Positions 29,123 through 39,274 of a stretch of DNA of 64,000 nucleotides are shown piece after piece. Source of the DNA: Saprospiraceae bacterium (lineage in GTDB: Bacteria > Bacteroidota > Bacteroidia > Chitinophagales > Saprospiraceae). A model generated the notes under the pieces. The model had not been told where the DNA came from. It searched no databases and saw nothing but the letters and a program-made list of their open reading frames with translations. The stretch lies in NCBI GenBank assembly GCA_016714785.1, contig JADKCC010000057.1:9938-73937 (forward strand), in the 5' to 3' direction. The number at the start of each line of letters is the position of its first letter. Positions within the stretch are counted from its first letter, which is position 1. The position numbers and the translations under genes are program-made.

Positions 29123-29329
29123 AAATGCTTATTTTATTGTACTTTTGATATTCATAACGGAACTTATTCTAGATATTTAAGATATAATTTTTAAACGCTA
29201 AAAGATGCATTTTATTTTGGTGGTTAAGACTTATAAGCTACTTCTTTCAAAATAACTCAAAATTCTTATTTTTATGGAATGAATTTTTCTTTTTTTGAAA
29301 ATCATCTTGTTTATTAAAAAATAAAAATT

Positions 29330-29337
29330 TAACTTTG
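29330..29337 (+). promoter_or_regulatory. -7 promoter box TAACTTTG for the acyl-CoA dehydrogenase gene
   Basis: TAnnTTTG match 27 nt upstream of the ATG at 29364. Confidence 0.4.
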
Positions 29338-29363
29338 AGTTTAATTTTTAAAAATTATTAAAT

Positions 29364-31175
29364 ATGGCCAAATATGTATGCATGGACACACTGAAGTTTT
29401 TGCTCTTTGAAGTGCATAATATTCAGAAATTATTGAAATATGAACGATTTGCAGATTATGATGAGTCATCTATGAATATTTTGTTGGATTCGGCTAAATC
29501 ATGGGCAGACCAGGATTTTTTCCCATATTACAAAGAAATGGACGAAAAACCTGTATATTTTAAAGATGGAAAAACATATTCTCACCCGATATTGAAAAAA
29601 ATATTTAACCATGCGGGTGAAAACGGATGGTTAGGTACTTATTTTGACTATGATGATGGAGGTATGCAGATGCCACATACTTTGGCCAATGCAACCAATC
29701 ACATTTTCGAATCGGCCAATAACCATATACCTGGCTATTTAGGATTGACATCGGGAGCCGCACATTTGATAGCTACTTTTGGCAATGAAATGCTAAAGAA
29801 AACATACATACCACCAATGCTTGCAGGTAAATGGGGAGGCACTATGGCATTGACTGAGCCACAATGTGGAAGTTCATTGTCTGATATCGTCACTTCTGCA
29901 AGTCCGACGACAGATGGTTATTATAAAATAAAAGGACAAAAAATATTTATATCTGGAGGCGATCACGAAGCTGTAGATAATTTTGTGCACCTGACTTTAG
30001 CACGGATAGAAGGCGCACCTGATGGTACCAAGGGAATTTCACTATTTGTAGTACCTAAATATAGGCCCGATACAGACGGCAAGCCCATTTATAATGATGT
30101 ACACGCTGTAGCCGATTTTCAGAAAATGGGTCAACGAGGGTACAGCACTGTTCATTTGGTCTATGGGGAGCAAGAAGATTGTCACGGTTATCTTGTCGGT
30201 GAGCCTCATCAAGGTCTAAAATATATGTTTCAAATGATGAATGGCGCTCGTATTGATGTAGGGATGACTGCAACATCTACCGCAACAGCTGCCTATTATA
30301 CTTCATTGCAGTATGCCAAAGAGCGCCCACAGGGAAGAAAAATATTGAATACTGGTAAAAAAGATGTTACTTCAGGCCAAACATTGATCATCAATCATCC
30401 AGATGTACGTCGTATGCTGATGCTACAGAAAGCTATCGTAGAAGCATCTCTTAGTCTATTATTAGAATGTTCTATGCATAGTGATATATCTCACAGCGAA
30501 AGTGGCGAAGCCAAAGAAAACCATCATTTACTATTAGAGTTGCTTACGCCGATAGCCAAAACTTATCCATCAGAAATGGGTAGAATTGCTATCAATAATG
30601 GGTTACAGGTATTGGGAGGTTACGGATTTTGCATGGATTTTACGTTACAACAATACCTGCGTGATGTCAGAATTATGGCAATCTACGAAGGTACGACAGG
30701 AATTCAATCACTGGACTTATTAAGTAGAAAAATTGCAATGCAAAATGGCAAAGCACTACAACTTCTTACAGCACAAATGATGGAAAACATCAGTAATGCC
30801 AATAAATATTCATCTTTAGCACCTTATGCCGAAAAATTGACTCAAAAAATGGGTGAAATCCAAAAAGCATTAACCTATCTGGCGCCCTACGCTATGCAAG
30901 GTGATTATGAAAATTATTTGGCAGATGCTACTATTTTTATGGAACTGGCAGCCAATGTTGTCATTGCAAATCAATGGTTGAAAATGGCCACTGTAGCCAC
31001 TGCTGCGCTAGAAAACAAAGACACTAAATATGATACTGCCTTTTATGAAGCAAAAATACAAACCATGAAGTTTTATTTTAAATATGAATTACCAAAAACA
31101 AAAGCTTGTCTTGAAACATTAATGCACACAGATAAGTTAACATTGGTCGATGATACTAAAGAATTAATTTTTTAA
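29364..31175 (+). CDS. Long-form acyl-CoA dehydrogenase (FadE-like)
   Basis: 603 aa with ACAD N, middle and C-terminal domains (GTMALTEPQCGSSLSD, KIFISGGDH, IYEGTTGIQSLDL) and a C-terminal extension. Confidence 0.9.
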   Translation: MAKYVCMDTLKFLLFEVHNIQKLLKYERFADYDESSMNILLDSAKSWADQDFFPYYKEMDEKPVYFKDGKTYSHPILKKIFNHAGENGWLGTYFDYDDGGMQMPHTLANATNHIFESANNHIPGYLGLTSGAAHLIATFGNEMLKKTYIPPMLAGKWGGTMALTEPQCGSSLSDIVTSASPTTDGYYKIKGQKIFISGGDHEAVDNFVHLTLARIEGAPDGTKGISLFVVPKYRPDTDGKPIYNDVHAVADFQKMGQRGYSTVHLVYGEQEDCHGYLVGEPHQGLKYMFQMMNGARIDVGMTATSTATAAYYTSLQYAKERPQGRKILNTGKKDVTSGQTLIINHPDVRRMLMLQKAIVEASLSLLLECSMHSDISHSESGEAKENHHLLLELLTPIAKTYPSEMGRIAINNGLQVLGGYGFCMDFTLQQYLRDVRIMAIYEGTTGIQSLDLLSRKIAMQNGKALQLLTAQMMENISNANKYSSLAPYAEKLTQKMGEIQKALTYLAPYAMQGDYENYLADATIFMELAANVVIANQWLKMATVATAALENKDTKYDTAFYEAKIQTMKFYFKYELPKTKACLETLMHTDKLTLVDDTKELIF

Positions 31176-31195
31176 TCTAAATAAACATAAAGAAA

Positions 31196-31492
31196 ATGAG
31201 TTTTGAATCCATATTAACCGCAGTAACAGCACAAGCTGCTAATGTAGCTCCATTCGGTGCTAAATTAAAATTTGTACTAGGCGATAGTGTCATCCTTATC
31301 GATGGTACAGGAGACAGTAATGTCGTGTCTCAAAATGATGAAGAAGCTGCTTGTACTATAAGCACAGACACAGATACCTTCAACCAACTCAAAAGTGGTG
31401 ATCTGAATCCTATGATGGCCGTAATGTCTGGCAAAGTAAAGATCAAAGGAGATATGGGATTGGCTATGAAACTCCAATCTTTGATTCAGTAA
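31196..31492 (+). CDS. SCP-2 sterol-transfer family protein
   Basis: 98 aa. The motif ...DTDTFNQLKSGDLNPMMAVMSGKVKIKGDMGLAMKLQSL is the SCP2 C-terminal signature. Confidence 0.85.
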   Translation: MSFESILTAVTAQAANVAPFGAKLKFVLGDSVILIDGTGDSNVVSQNDEEAACTISTDTDTFNQLKSGDLNPMMAVMSGKVKIKGDMGLAMKLQSLIQ

Positions 31493-31526
31493 GAAATATT
31501 TAATTTAAAGGAGATGTTCAATAATG

Positions 31527-32285
31527 TTAAGCGTCTCCTTTCATTTCTTTCCAGTATTTGAGTTCCTTTAGCTTGAGTTTATATTCATTTTTGGCAATGA
31601 TATATCCATATTTACCATCCAAAATGCCCAATTTTAGTATATAAGTCCTTACAAATCTAAATAAAGGACCAAACCATTGCTTGATTATCGGTGGCTTTTT
31701 GCCTGATTTTATCCATTCGTTTGCTCTTAACTTAGCATAATAATCAAACTTTGAAATCATGTGCGCTTCATCATTGAAACTATAATGACGGATAAGACCT
31801 GATATTCGTGTGTGTTTAAGTTTATTTTTTGAAACTAGCTTTTCATGGACATAACTATCATTCCATCTCATCACTGTTTTATTGAAAAGTCTTATATTCC
31901 AATCTGGAAACCAACCACAATATTTGACGGGGTATTGTCCCAAATATGTCTGAATATTCATTTCATAAACATTAGAAACGTCTGGCTTCAATTGATTAAG
32001 TTGCAATACCAATGTGTCATCCAAAACTTCATCTGCATCTAAGCACAAAATCCAATCATTTTTCGCTTTATCGATACCAAAGTTTTTATTGGCAGAGTAG
32101 CCTTCCCATGATTTGTGATACACTCTAGCTCCTAAATCCAAAGCTATCCTGTTTGTAGCATCCATAGATCTATCATCCAATACGATAACTACATCATCTG
32201 TAACCTGCAATAAAGCTGTAATCGTTTTGCTTATAATGATTTCCTCATTTTTGGCAATGATTACAGCGCTAAAGATAGTATCCAT
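31527..32285 (-). CDS. Family 2 glycosyltransferase
   Basis: 252 aa with SAVIIAKNEE at the N-terminus and a DADE (DxD-type) motif. It overlaps cysQ by 1 nt. Confidence 0.8.
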   Translation of the reverse strand: MDTIFSAVIIAKNEEIIISKTITALLQVTDDVVIVLDDRSMDATNRIALDLGARVYHKSWEGYSANKNFGIDKAKNDWILCLDADEVLDDTLVLQLNQLKPDVSNVYEMNIQTYLGQYPVKYCGWFPDWNIRLFNKTVMRWNDSYVHEKLVSKNKLKHTRISGLIRHYSFNDEAHMISKFDYYAKLRANEWIKSGKKPPIIKQWFGPLFRFVRTYILKLGILDGKYGYIIAKNEYKLKLKELKYWKEMKGDA

Positions 32286-33073
32286 TAGTCAATTATTTTG
32301 CCTGATGCGATAAAATATGGATTGAAAACAGAAGGTTTATTATAGCTCAATGGTAAACCATTAATTGCATCGACCAAGCTTCCACCTGCTTCTTCTATGA
32401 TGATTTGTCCTGCAGCAGTATCCCATTCCATAATGTGAATCATGCGTGGGTAGTAATCAGCTTCACCTTTGGCAATATTGATAAATTTTAAAGAACTACC
32501 TTTAGTTAAAAGATTTGGTTCATCTAATTCATCTAAATACTTTTGAGTTTCCATCTCTTGGTGACTTCTGCTGACCATTACGTTCAGCCCTCGATTTTTT
32601 AATGAAAAAGTATTTACATTTAATGGCTTTACGCTATCTTCCTCTAAAATATGAAAAGCACCTTGACCACGTATGGCATAATACATTTCGTCGAATACTG
32701 GTAGATAAATAAATCCCGCAACTACGCTATGATCATGTATTAAGGCAAGATTGATAGAAAACTCGTCTGTCCGATTTAAAAATTCTTTGGTTCCGTCCAA
32801 TGGATCTAATAGCCAGAGATATGTCCAATTTTTCCTAATTTCATAGTCTTCAATTTCTTTCTCTTCTGAGATAATAGGAATCTCTGGAAAATTTCTTTTA
32901 AGAAAAGTGCAAATCAAATCATTTGCAGTGGTATCTGCAATAGTCAATGGGCTATCATCGCTTTTGATATATGTTTGTAGGGCACTTTTATCATATCGAT
33001 AAAAATCCATGATAGCTTCACCTGCATTTCTAATAGCACCAATGATTCTTTTTACTTCGTCTTTATTGAGCAT
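32285..33073 (-). CDS. cysQ: 3'(2'),5'-bisphosphate nucleotidase (inositol monophosphatase family)
   Basis: 262 aa with the motifs ISEE, WLLDPLDGTKEF and WDTAAGQ. Confidence 0.8.
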   Translation of the reverse strand: MLNKDEVKRIIGAIRNAGEAIMDFYRYDKSALQTYIKSDDSPLTIADTTANDLICTFLKRNFPEIPIISEEKEIEDYEIRKNWTYLWLLDPLDGTKEFLNRTDEFSINLALIHDHSVVAGFIYLPVFDEMYYAIRGQGAFHILEEDSVKPLNVNTFSLKNRGLNVMVSRSHQEMETQKYLDELDEPNLLTKGSSLKFINIAKGEADYYPRMIHIMEWDTAAGQIIIEEAGGSLVDAINGLPLSYNKPSVFNPYFIASGKIID

Positions 33074-33144
33074 ATTGGAATTAAAAAAAAAACGTCGAAG
33101 TAGTATGAATAAATCGACGTTTCCTTCTGTATTATTTTAAGTAT

Positions 33145-33501
33145 TTATTGAACAGTAAACGTCACAACTTTTGTGGATTTATTTCCTTCTTTATCTGTTG
33201 CATTCACTGTAAATGATGCTGACCCTGACGCAGCAGTAGCAGGTATCGGCAAATTAATATTGGCTATAACGTGCTTGGTTTTAGAGTCAAAAGTTGTAAT
33301 TTTGACACCACCTGCTTCGATTTCCGCCAATTCTTCATCATCGGTAACCGTACCAATAACTGGATATGTACTGCCTTTCAGAAGTACGGCACCTTCAGTA
33401 GGTGATGTAATAGTAATGACCGGTGCAGTATCATCCTTACTACAAGATGCTAAAGCTAATACGCTAACAAAAACTAATGACAAAATCTTTAATGTATTCA
33501 T
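33145..33501 (-). CDS. Ig-like lipoprotein (DUF4625-like)
   Basis: Lipobox LALASCSKDD, then ITITSPTEGAVLLKGSTYPVIGTVTDDEEL, typical of small Ig-fold lipoproteins. The start is trimmed to the Met at 33501. The DUF assignment is from memory. Confidence 0.55.
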   Translation of the reverse strand: MNTLKILSLVFVSVLALASCSKDDTAPVITITSPTEGAVLLKGSTYPVIGTVTDDEELAEIEAGGVKITTFDSKTKHVIANINLPIPATAASGSASFTVNATDKEGNKSTKVVTFTVQ

Positions 33502-33612
33502 ATAATTTAATTTTATAATAAAAAAAAGGTATTTCAATGTATGAGGCCCTATCAAAATCAGTAACAAACATACATATTAATAAAACGACTAAGTCTTGGC
33601 TTTTGTTGTCAA

Positions 33613-34491
33613 TCAGAGCAGGATTACATTGATACCTTTTCCAAAATCAATATTTTCTGACGGGTCTGCCAGCAATCCCAAGATCATACCTCCACCACCT
33701 GCACCACATAGTTTCAAGCAAAATTTGCCTGTTTCTAATCCTTGGGACCATGTGTCAAGAAACTCTTTAGGTATCATTTCACGAAAGTGGTCTAGCTGAA
33801 TTTTACTTATGTTTTTAGTTGCTTCAAAAAGTGATGTGCTATTTCTAATTTGTAATGAAGTTATTGCTTCTTTATTTTCAGCCGAGAGCGTTTGTACTAC
33901 AACATTAAAATCCGCAGAAGTACGAAGCTTATTTTTAAAGATATCAACAAAATACTCAGTTTGTCTTGAGATACCCGTGTCGATCAGAAAAAAACCAACA
34001 TCGCTAATGTCCAACAGTGTTTTTTCAATGATACCATTTTCCTTGATAATAATACTTTCATTTAGATAAGATACCAAAGGATCCAAGCCTGAACTCGATC
34101 CATGAAAAGCACTCTCTGTAGCTCCTAAAATTTTAATAAGAGCAATCAAATCATCCGTCTTTTGAGTAGCATACCGATCATATAATGCTGCGACCAAGGC
34201 TCCACTACTACCTAATCCATATCCAGTAGGAATATCAGAATTAAAAATAAGACCGTTTGCAATGTCTTCTTTAAAAATAGAAAGATTGTACAATTTTGAA
34301 AGTTCTTTATGCTCTTCCAAGTATTTCAAAAGTCCTCTTAAACTTTCAGATGAATTGAGTGATTGAATGTTATATTGCCAATATCCGCTGCGCCGCGAAT
34401 ATGGCATCGCTATGGCTCCTGAACCAACGGTTACCGTATATTCGCCAAAGAGTAGCAGTTTAGAATAAAATAATTTATGATTAAGACCCAA
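33613..34491 (-). CDS. GHMP-family kinase (mevalonate kinase-like)
   Basis: 292 aa starting KLLLFGEYTV. The GHMP ATP motif reads PTGYGLGSSGALVAAL, with C-terminal LCGAGGGG. The only in-frame start here is TTG. Confidence 0.7.
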   Translation of the reverse strand: MGLNHKLFYSKLLLFGEYTVTVGSGAIAMPYSRRSGYWQYNIQSLNSSESLRGLLKYLEEHKELSKLYNLSIFKEDIANGLIFNSDIPTGYGLGSSGALVAALYDRYATQKTDDLIALIKILGATESAFHGSSSGLDPLVSYLNESIIIKENGIIEKTLLDISDVGFFLIDTGISRQTEYFVDIFKNKLRTSADFNVVVQTLSAENKEAITSLQIRNSTSLFEATKNISKIQLDHFREMIPKEFLDTWSQGLETGKFCLKLCGAGGGGMILGLLADPSENIDFGKGINVILL

Positions 34492-34530
34492 AGTTAGTGT
34501 CAGATTTATGGTTTGTTAAGATGAAAATAT

Positions 34531-34538
34531 TACATTTG
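34531..34538 (+). promoter_or_regulatory. -7 promoter box TACATTTG upstream of the small ORF and crtZ
   Basis: TAnnTTTG match 43 nt upstream of the ATG at 34581. Confidence 0.35.
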
Positions 34539-34580
34539 CAGCGTCAATATTAAAAATTAAAAACAAAAATAAGAAACGAT

Positions 34581-34736
34581 ATGACATCTTCAACAGAATC
34601 AGTAAGAATATATTGGATATACACCCTTTTGTCTTTGGTTGGTATCGCATTATTCTTGGTATTCAAGCCTGAATGGTTTTGGGTTATGTTGCCACCATTC
34701 TTTACTGCTTTTATCAAAGCGAAAAGGTGGATGTAA
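34581..34736 (+). CDS. Small two-TM membrane protein (51 aa), not in ORF track
   Basis: ATG at 34581. It reads MTSSTESVRIYWIYTLLSLVGIALFLVFKPEWFWVMLPPFFTAFIKAKRWM*. It is co-oriented with crtZ and lies directly upstream of it. Confidence 0.4.
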   Translation: MTSSTESVRIYWIYTLLSLVGIALFLVFKPEWFWVMLPPFFTAFIKAKRWM

Positions 34737-34809
34737 AACTTACATATTTTTTTTAGGCATTTTGTAATCCTTTTTGACAATGGATTGTTAGGCTCGAAAA
34801 TAATAAAAT

Positions 34810-35286
34810 ATGTTATTCACATACATAGCGATTGTGTTAGCAACTGTGCTCGCAATGGAGTTTGTAGCTTGGTCAGCACATAAGTATCTCATGCATGGAT
34901 GGCTTTGGATATGGCACGAAGACCACCACAAACCACATTATGAAAAAGAAGGATTTTTTGAAAAAAATGATCTCTTCTTTTTAGTCTTCGCAATACCAAG
35001 TATGTTAAGCTATATAATAGGTTCGCTTTATGCAGACTATAGATGGGTATTATTTATAGGTATTGGCATATCTATATATGGGTTGATATACTTTTTAATA
35101 CATGACGTATATATACATCAAAGATTTAAGTGGTTTCGCCAATTAGACAATAAGTATAGTCGTGCCATACTTCGTGCTCATGGTGCCCACCACGTAAAAA
35201 CTCAAAAAGAAGATGGTGAATCATTTGGTCTCTTGATCGTCAATCCTAAATATTTTAGCTCTAGAAGTAAAAAGTCTTCCGTATAA
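34810..35286 (+). CDS. crtZ: Beta-carotene hydroxylase (fatty acid hydroxylase superfamily)
   Basis: 158 aa with the His boxes HKYLMH, HEDHH, HDVYIH and HGAHH in the CrtZ arrangement. Confidence 0.85.
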   Translation: MLFTYIAIVLATVLAMEFVAWSAHKYLMHGWLWIWHEDHHKPHYEKEGFFEKNDLFFLVFAIPSMLSYIIGSLYADYRWVLFIGIGISIYGLIYFLIHDVYIHQRFKWFRQLDNKYSRAILRAHGAHHVKTQKEDGESFGLLIVNPKYFSSRSKKSSV

Positions 35287-35591
35287 AGTAAGTTCGATTC
35301 CAACAATTATATTTGTTTTTGAGTATAAAGTATAATACCAAATTAAGAGTATGTTTAAATTTTTATTGTTTTATAATCAATACCTTTTGAACCTGACTTC
35401 AAAATAATCTCATCGTTTAGTTCAAATATACTTTAATTTACAGAAAACATTCTTGGTCTTATATCAGATATGCTTTTCGATATATGGAGACAAGTTAATA
35501 GACAAGATGCTTAGTAAAAACTGTTGATCAATGATGTACAAAATCTATATTTTTACCTTTACCAATGCTTTAAAGTCTTAATAATATAAAA

Positions 35592-36254
35592 ATGAACGTA
35601 CAAGTTAAAATCTTAAATATAAAAACTGTCAATGAACTGCCACTTTATTGGACCAATGATGATTTTATTCAGTTATTGGACAAAATGAATTTGCCCGATG
35701 CTGATAAACTGAATCCCGATGAGCTTAAAGAAATGTTATATATGGCAGTTACAGATTTTGAGCCAGAAGAAGCGGCAGAAATTGTACTCTCTTACAAGCT
35801 CGGCGATAAACTGTCCGCTGGTCAAATCCAAAATATATCTCATGAGATGTTGGAAGAAAAAGTAGCGGAGCAATATGCGGATCCATCCTACCATTATGAC
35901 TTATTTAATATTAATCAATTACTATTCAAGGCGTTTAAAGGGAAGTTTCCTAATACAGAAGCGTCTGTGATTTTGATGCAAGTCATAAGTGATCAGAGTC
36001 ATGAAATCAATAAGGAAGTCCTAACCAAAGCATTGGCTCAAGGATTGAACGAAAGAAGTATCATACAGCGGCTTTATGAAGATCAGGTCATGGGACTCGT
36101 CAATTTTGAAGATGCTGAAAAAATCATTTGGCTTTACCATACCAAAGAAGAAAATACTTATGAAGTCATCACTTCCAAGTATTGGATCGATAAAGAAGAT
36201 TTAGAAATGACAGAATATGAAGCGGTTATTAAGTTTTTTGAACAAAAAGACTAA
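35592..36254 (+). CDS. Hypothetical acidic cytoplasmic protein
   Basis: A 220-aa ORF with no signal peptide or TM segment. I do not recognise any motif. Confidence 0.5.
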   Translation: MNVQVKILNIKTVNELPLYWTNDDFIQLLDKMNLPDADKLNPDELKEMLYMAVTDFEPEEAAEIVLSYKLGDKLSAGQIQNISHEMLEEKVAEQYADPSYHYDLFNINQLLFKAFKGKFPNTEASVILMQVISDQSHEINKEVLTKALAQGLNERSIIQRLYEDQVMGLVNFEDAEKIIWLYHTKEENTYEVITSKYWIDKEDLEMTEYEAVIKFFEQKD

Positions 36255-36385
36255 TCTTAAATAAACACTTAATATAATTTTGTCGCCAATTTTTGCGATA
36301 TTTTTTGGCAAGCTGTTTTTTGGCAAGGTTAGATTGACACGGATAGAATACTAAAGACTACATCCTAAATACATCTCTCTGTCGA

Positions 36386-36393
36386 TATATTTG
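36386..36393 (+). promoter_or_regulatory. -7 promoter box TATATTTG
   Basis: TAnnTTTG match 85 nt upstream of the ATG at 36478. Confidence 0.3.
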
Positions 36394-36477
36394 GTCGTTA
36401 GTCTGAAAGATTTTTTATTGTGCAACTTGTTTAAGACTTTTGTGTCTTTAATTTTATCAACAATATACATCAAAACA

Positions 36478-38907
36478 ATGACAATCCGTTTATTAATTGG
36501 GTGCCTATTATTAATGGGCCATTCTTATATTTTTTCACAAAACTATAAAATCTCTGGAAAGATTAGTGATGAATCAGGTGTAGGGATACCTTTTGCAACT
36601 TTCGTTTTAAAATCTGCGGTGGATAGCACGATGATAAAAGCAGATATTACAACCGATGATGGTTCCTTCATATTAGAAATGATACCCAGTGGCAAATATT
36701 TTGCTGAGGCAAGTTATGTAGGTATGACAACTAATGTCGTTAAATCCTTCGAAATCAACAATAGTAACTTCACCTTGCCAAACATCACGCTGACAGCTGA
36801 TGCTAAACTATTGGATGAAGTTGTGGTAAGTGCTCAACGTGCACTGATAGAGGTAAAGGCAGACAGAACAGTCTTCAATGTACAAGGTACTATCAATTCA
36901 GCTGGAGAAAATGGACTAAATCTCCTACGTAAAGCCCCTGGTGTCTTAGTGGATAATAACAATAATATATCTGTTTTGAGTCGTGCTGGCGTGTTGCTTT
37001 ACGTGGATGGTAAAAGAATACCGTTGACGGGAGATGATTTGACAAACTATCTTCAAAACCTAACTTCGGAGCAAATAGATAAGATAGACATCATAACCAA
37101 TCCAGGATCTAAGTATGAAGCGCAAGGTAATGCTGGTATTATTGACATCAAACTCAAAAAAGACAAAAATCTCGGGGCTAATGGATCGGTAAGTACCACT
37201 TATGGTCATGGTCGATATGGACAAGGCAATGTAAATGCCAATGGAAACTATCGAAATAAGGTGATGAATACATTTGGTGGTCTGGGTTATAACGGCGGTA
37301 CTAGATGGAATGAAATGATATTTGATACTTACCAAAACGGCATTAGATTATATGAAGTCAATCGATCTTCTCATGATTATAATGGTATTAATGGCAGATG
37401 GGGCACTGATTTTTTTATCAACAAAAAACATACAATAGGATTTTTAGTTGGTGCCCAATACAATGAAACTAATAATACCAACAACAATAAAAACATCATT
37501 TCTGCGGAAGCTACACCCGCTAAAGTAGATAGCATACTTAGCGCTCCCAATACATCTGAATCTAAAAGAAATCAAGCGACATTTAATATTAATTATGCTT
37601 TTGAATCTGGTAAAAACAAACTTAATATTGATGCAGACTACGGAAGATTTAGAAATGAAGCTGACAATTTTCAACCAAATTATTATTACGATCCATCAGA
37701 AACTGATATAATAAGCCAAAATATCACTTCCTATTTCACTCCAGTAGAAATCGATATCTCCACAATAAAAGCAGATTACGAAACCGAAATCTTTGGTGGA
37801 AGTTTAGGATTAGGTACAAAATTTAGTAATGTATCCACTGACAATACTTTTCTTTTTTACAATATCAATAATGGCATCAAAATGAGAAATGATCGTAGAT
37901 CTAATCAATTTGCCTATAAAGAAAACGTCTATGCTGGATATGTAAATTTTGCAAAAAACATTAATACCAAATGGAATGCTTCAGCTGGCCTAAGAGTAGA
38001 AAATACTGATGCAACAGGAGATCTAACCGCTTACACACCTGAACTAGAAGAGTCGCCTGTCGATTTTAATTACACAAGTTATTTTCCATCTGCAGGACTA
38101 ACCTACCAACAAACACCTGAACACGCTTTCTCTTTAAATTATGGAAGACGTATCAACAGGCCTGATTACAATGTATTGAACCCATTCAGAGAGCAGCTCA
38201 GTGAGTTGTCTTATTCGAAAGGCAACAAATTCCTACAACCAGAAATTGTCAATAATATTGAACTAGGTTATACTCTCAAATATAGGTATTCTTTCAAACT
38301 AGCCTATAGCAATACTTCCAATCAAATCACGAGACTTATTGGACCAGATGAAATAGACCCAAGAGCTGGTTTTATTAGTTGGGACAATCTGGCTACGCAA
38401 AAACTCTATAGTGCCAATGTATCTTTACCGATAGACATTACAAAATGGTGGAATGCTTATATAAATTTTTCTGTCTCATATACGGATAACCAAGCAGACT
38501 ATGGAGATGGTCGTGTAGTAGATGTACAAGCAGGTTCTTACAACGTCTTTCAACAACATACCTTTGACCTTGGCAAAAAATGGAAAGGTGAAATATCTGG
38601 CTGGTATTCTGGACCAGGCGTATGGGGCGGAGTCTTTATATACGATCCAAGTTATAGCTTAAATCTCGGTTTGCAACGCAAGTTTCTTAATGACAAAATG
38701 AACGTAAGAATCAGTGCCAATGATATAACTTATCAATCTGGATGGAGTGGTGTATCTCGCTACAATGGTCAAATTGGATATGGCGGCGGCAACTGGGATA
38801 GTCGTAGAGCAAGTATAAGTATCAGTTACGATCTTGGAAATAAAAATGTAAAATCGAGAAAAAGATCCACAGGAATAGAAGCGGAAAGCAAGAGAGTAGG
38901 TAGTTAA
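36478..38907 (+). CDS. Outer-membrane beta-barrel family protein with an N-terminal CarboxypepD_reg-like domain (TonB-dependent-receptor-like)
   Basis: Signal peptide MTIRLLIGCLLLMGHSYIFSQ, then NYKISGKISDESGVGIPFATFVL (carboxypeptidase-regulatory fold). A plug-like region follows (VVVSAQRALIEVKADRTVFNV). About 600 aa of beta-strand-rich sequence completes the protein. Confidence 0.8.
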   Translation: MTIRLLIGCLLLMGHSYIFSQNYKISGKISDESGVGIPFATFVLKSAVDSTMIKADITTDDGSFILEMIPSGKYFAEASYVGMTTNVVKSFEINNSNFTLPNITLTADAKLLDEVVVSAQRALIEVKADRTVFNVQGTINSAGENGLNLLRKAPGVLVDNNNNISVLSRAGVLLYVDGKRIPLTGDDLTNYLQNLTSEQIDKIDIITNPGSKYEAQGNAGIIDIKLKKDKNLGANGSVSTTYGHGRYGQGNVNANGNYRNKVMNTFGGLGYNGGTRWNEMIFDTYQNGIRLYEVNRSSHDYNGINGRWGTDFFINKKHTIGFLVGAQYNETNNTNNNKNIISAEATPAKVDSILSAPNTSESKRNQATFNINYAFESGKNKLNIDADYGRFRNEADNFQPNYYYDPSETDIISQNITSYFTPVEIDISTIKADYETEIFGGSLGLGTKFSNVSTDNTFLFYNINNGIKMRNDRRSNQFAYKENVYAGYVNFAKNINTKWNASAGLRVENTDATGDLTAYTPELEESPVDFNYTSYFPSAGLTYQQTPEHAFSLNYGRRINRPDYNVLNPFREQLSELSYSKGNKFLQPEIVNNIELGYTLKYRYSFKLAYSNTSNQITRLIGPDEIDPRAGFISWDNLATQKLYSANVSLPIDITKWWNAYINFSVSYTDNQADYGDGRVVDVQAGSYNVFQQHTFDLGKKWKGEISGWYSGPGVWGGVFIYDPSYSLNLGLQRKFLNDKMNVRISANDITYQSGWSGVSRYNGQIGYGGGNWDSRRASISISYDLGNKNVKSRKRSTGIEAESKRVGS

Positions 38908-39080
38908 TTCAACTTTTAGCAAAATACTTTTAAGTAGGGCTTGCTGACTATGGTACAACCAATTGATAAATAAAAAATTATGGTAACTATTCAGGTGTTT
39001 ACTATTTCACTACAATTTTGTCACGATTTTTGCAACTTATAGGCAAAAATAGCGCCAAAATTAAGTTGGTTTTCCATTTT

Positions 39081-39102
39081 TACCGCGGATATATATCCGC
39101 GG
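39081..39102. repeat. Perfect 22-nt palindrome ACCGCGGATATATATCCGCGGT
   Basis: Fully self-complementary. It is a GC-rich island in AT-rich spacer, 175 nt downstream of the OMP gene stop. Confidence 0.85.
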
Positions 39103-39243
39103 TTATTAATATTCTACCCCTTTGGGGTTATAGCTGAACAGTTACAAATTATGTCTATAATAAACAAATTAAATGCAAACCTTTTAATTGATTTTGTCCA
39201 AAAGTCGTGTACCTTGAATTGGCTTTTGCCTTATGCAGGCGGC

Positions 39244-39274
39244 AGTTACTTTTTTGCATTGCCCAAAAAAGTAA
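39244..39274. repeat. Perfect 12-bp-stem hairpin GTTACTTTTTTG-(CATTGCC)-CAAAAAAGTAAC
   Basis: Read directly from the sequence. Three further hairpins follow at 39309-39323, 39328-39344 and 39361-39378. Confidence 0.8.

Noticed and set aside
34550-34780. 76-aa minus-strand ORF
   Set aside because: It lies antisense to a more plausible + strand small membrane ORF and crosses the crtZ promoter region. It has no family resemblance.
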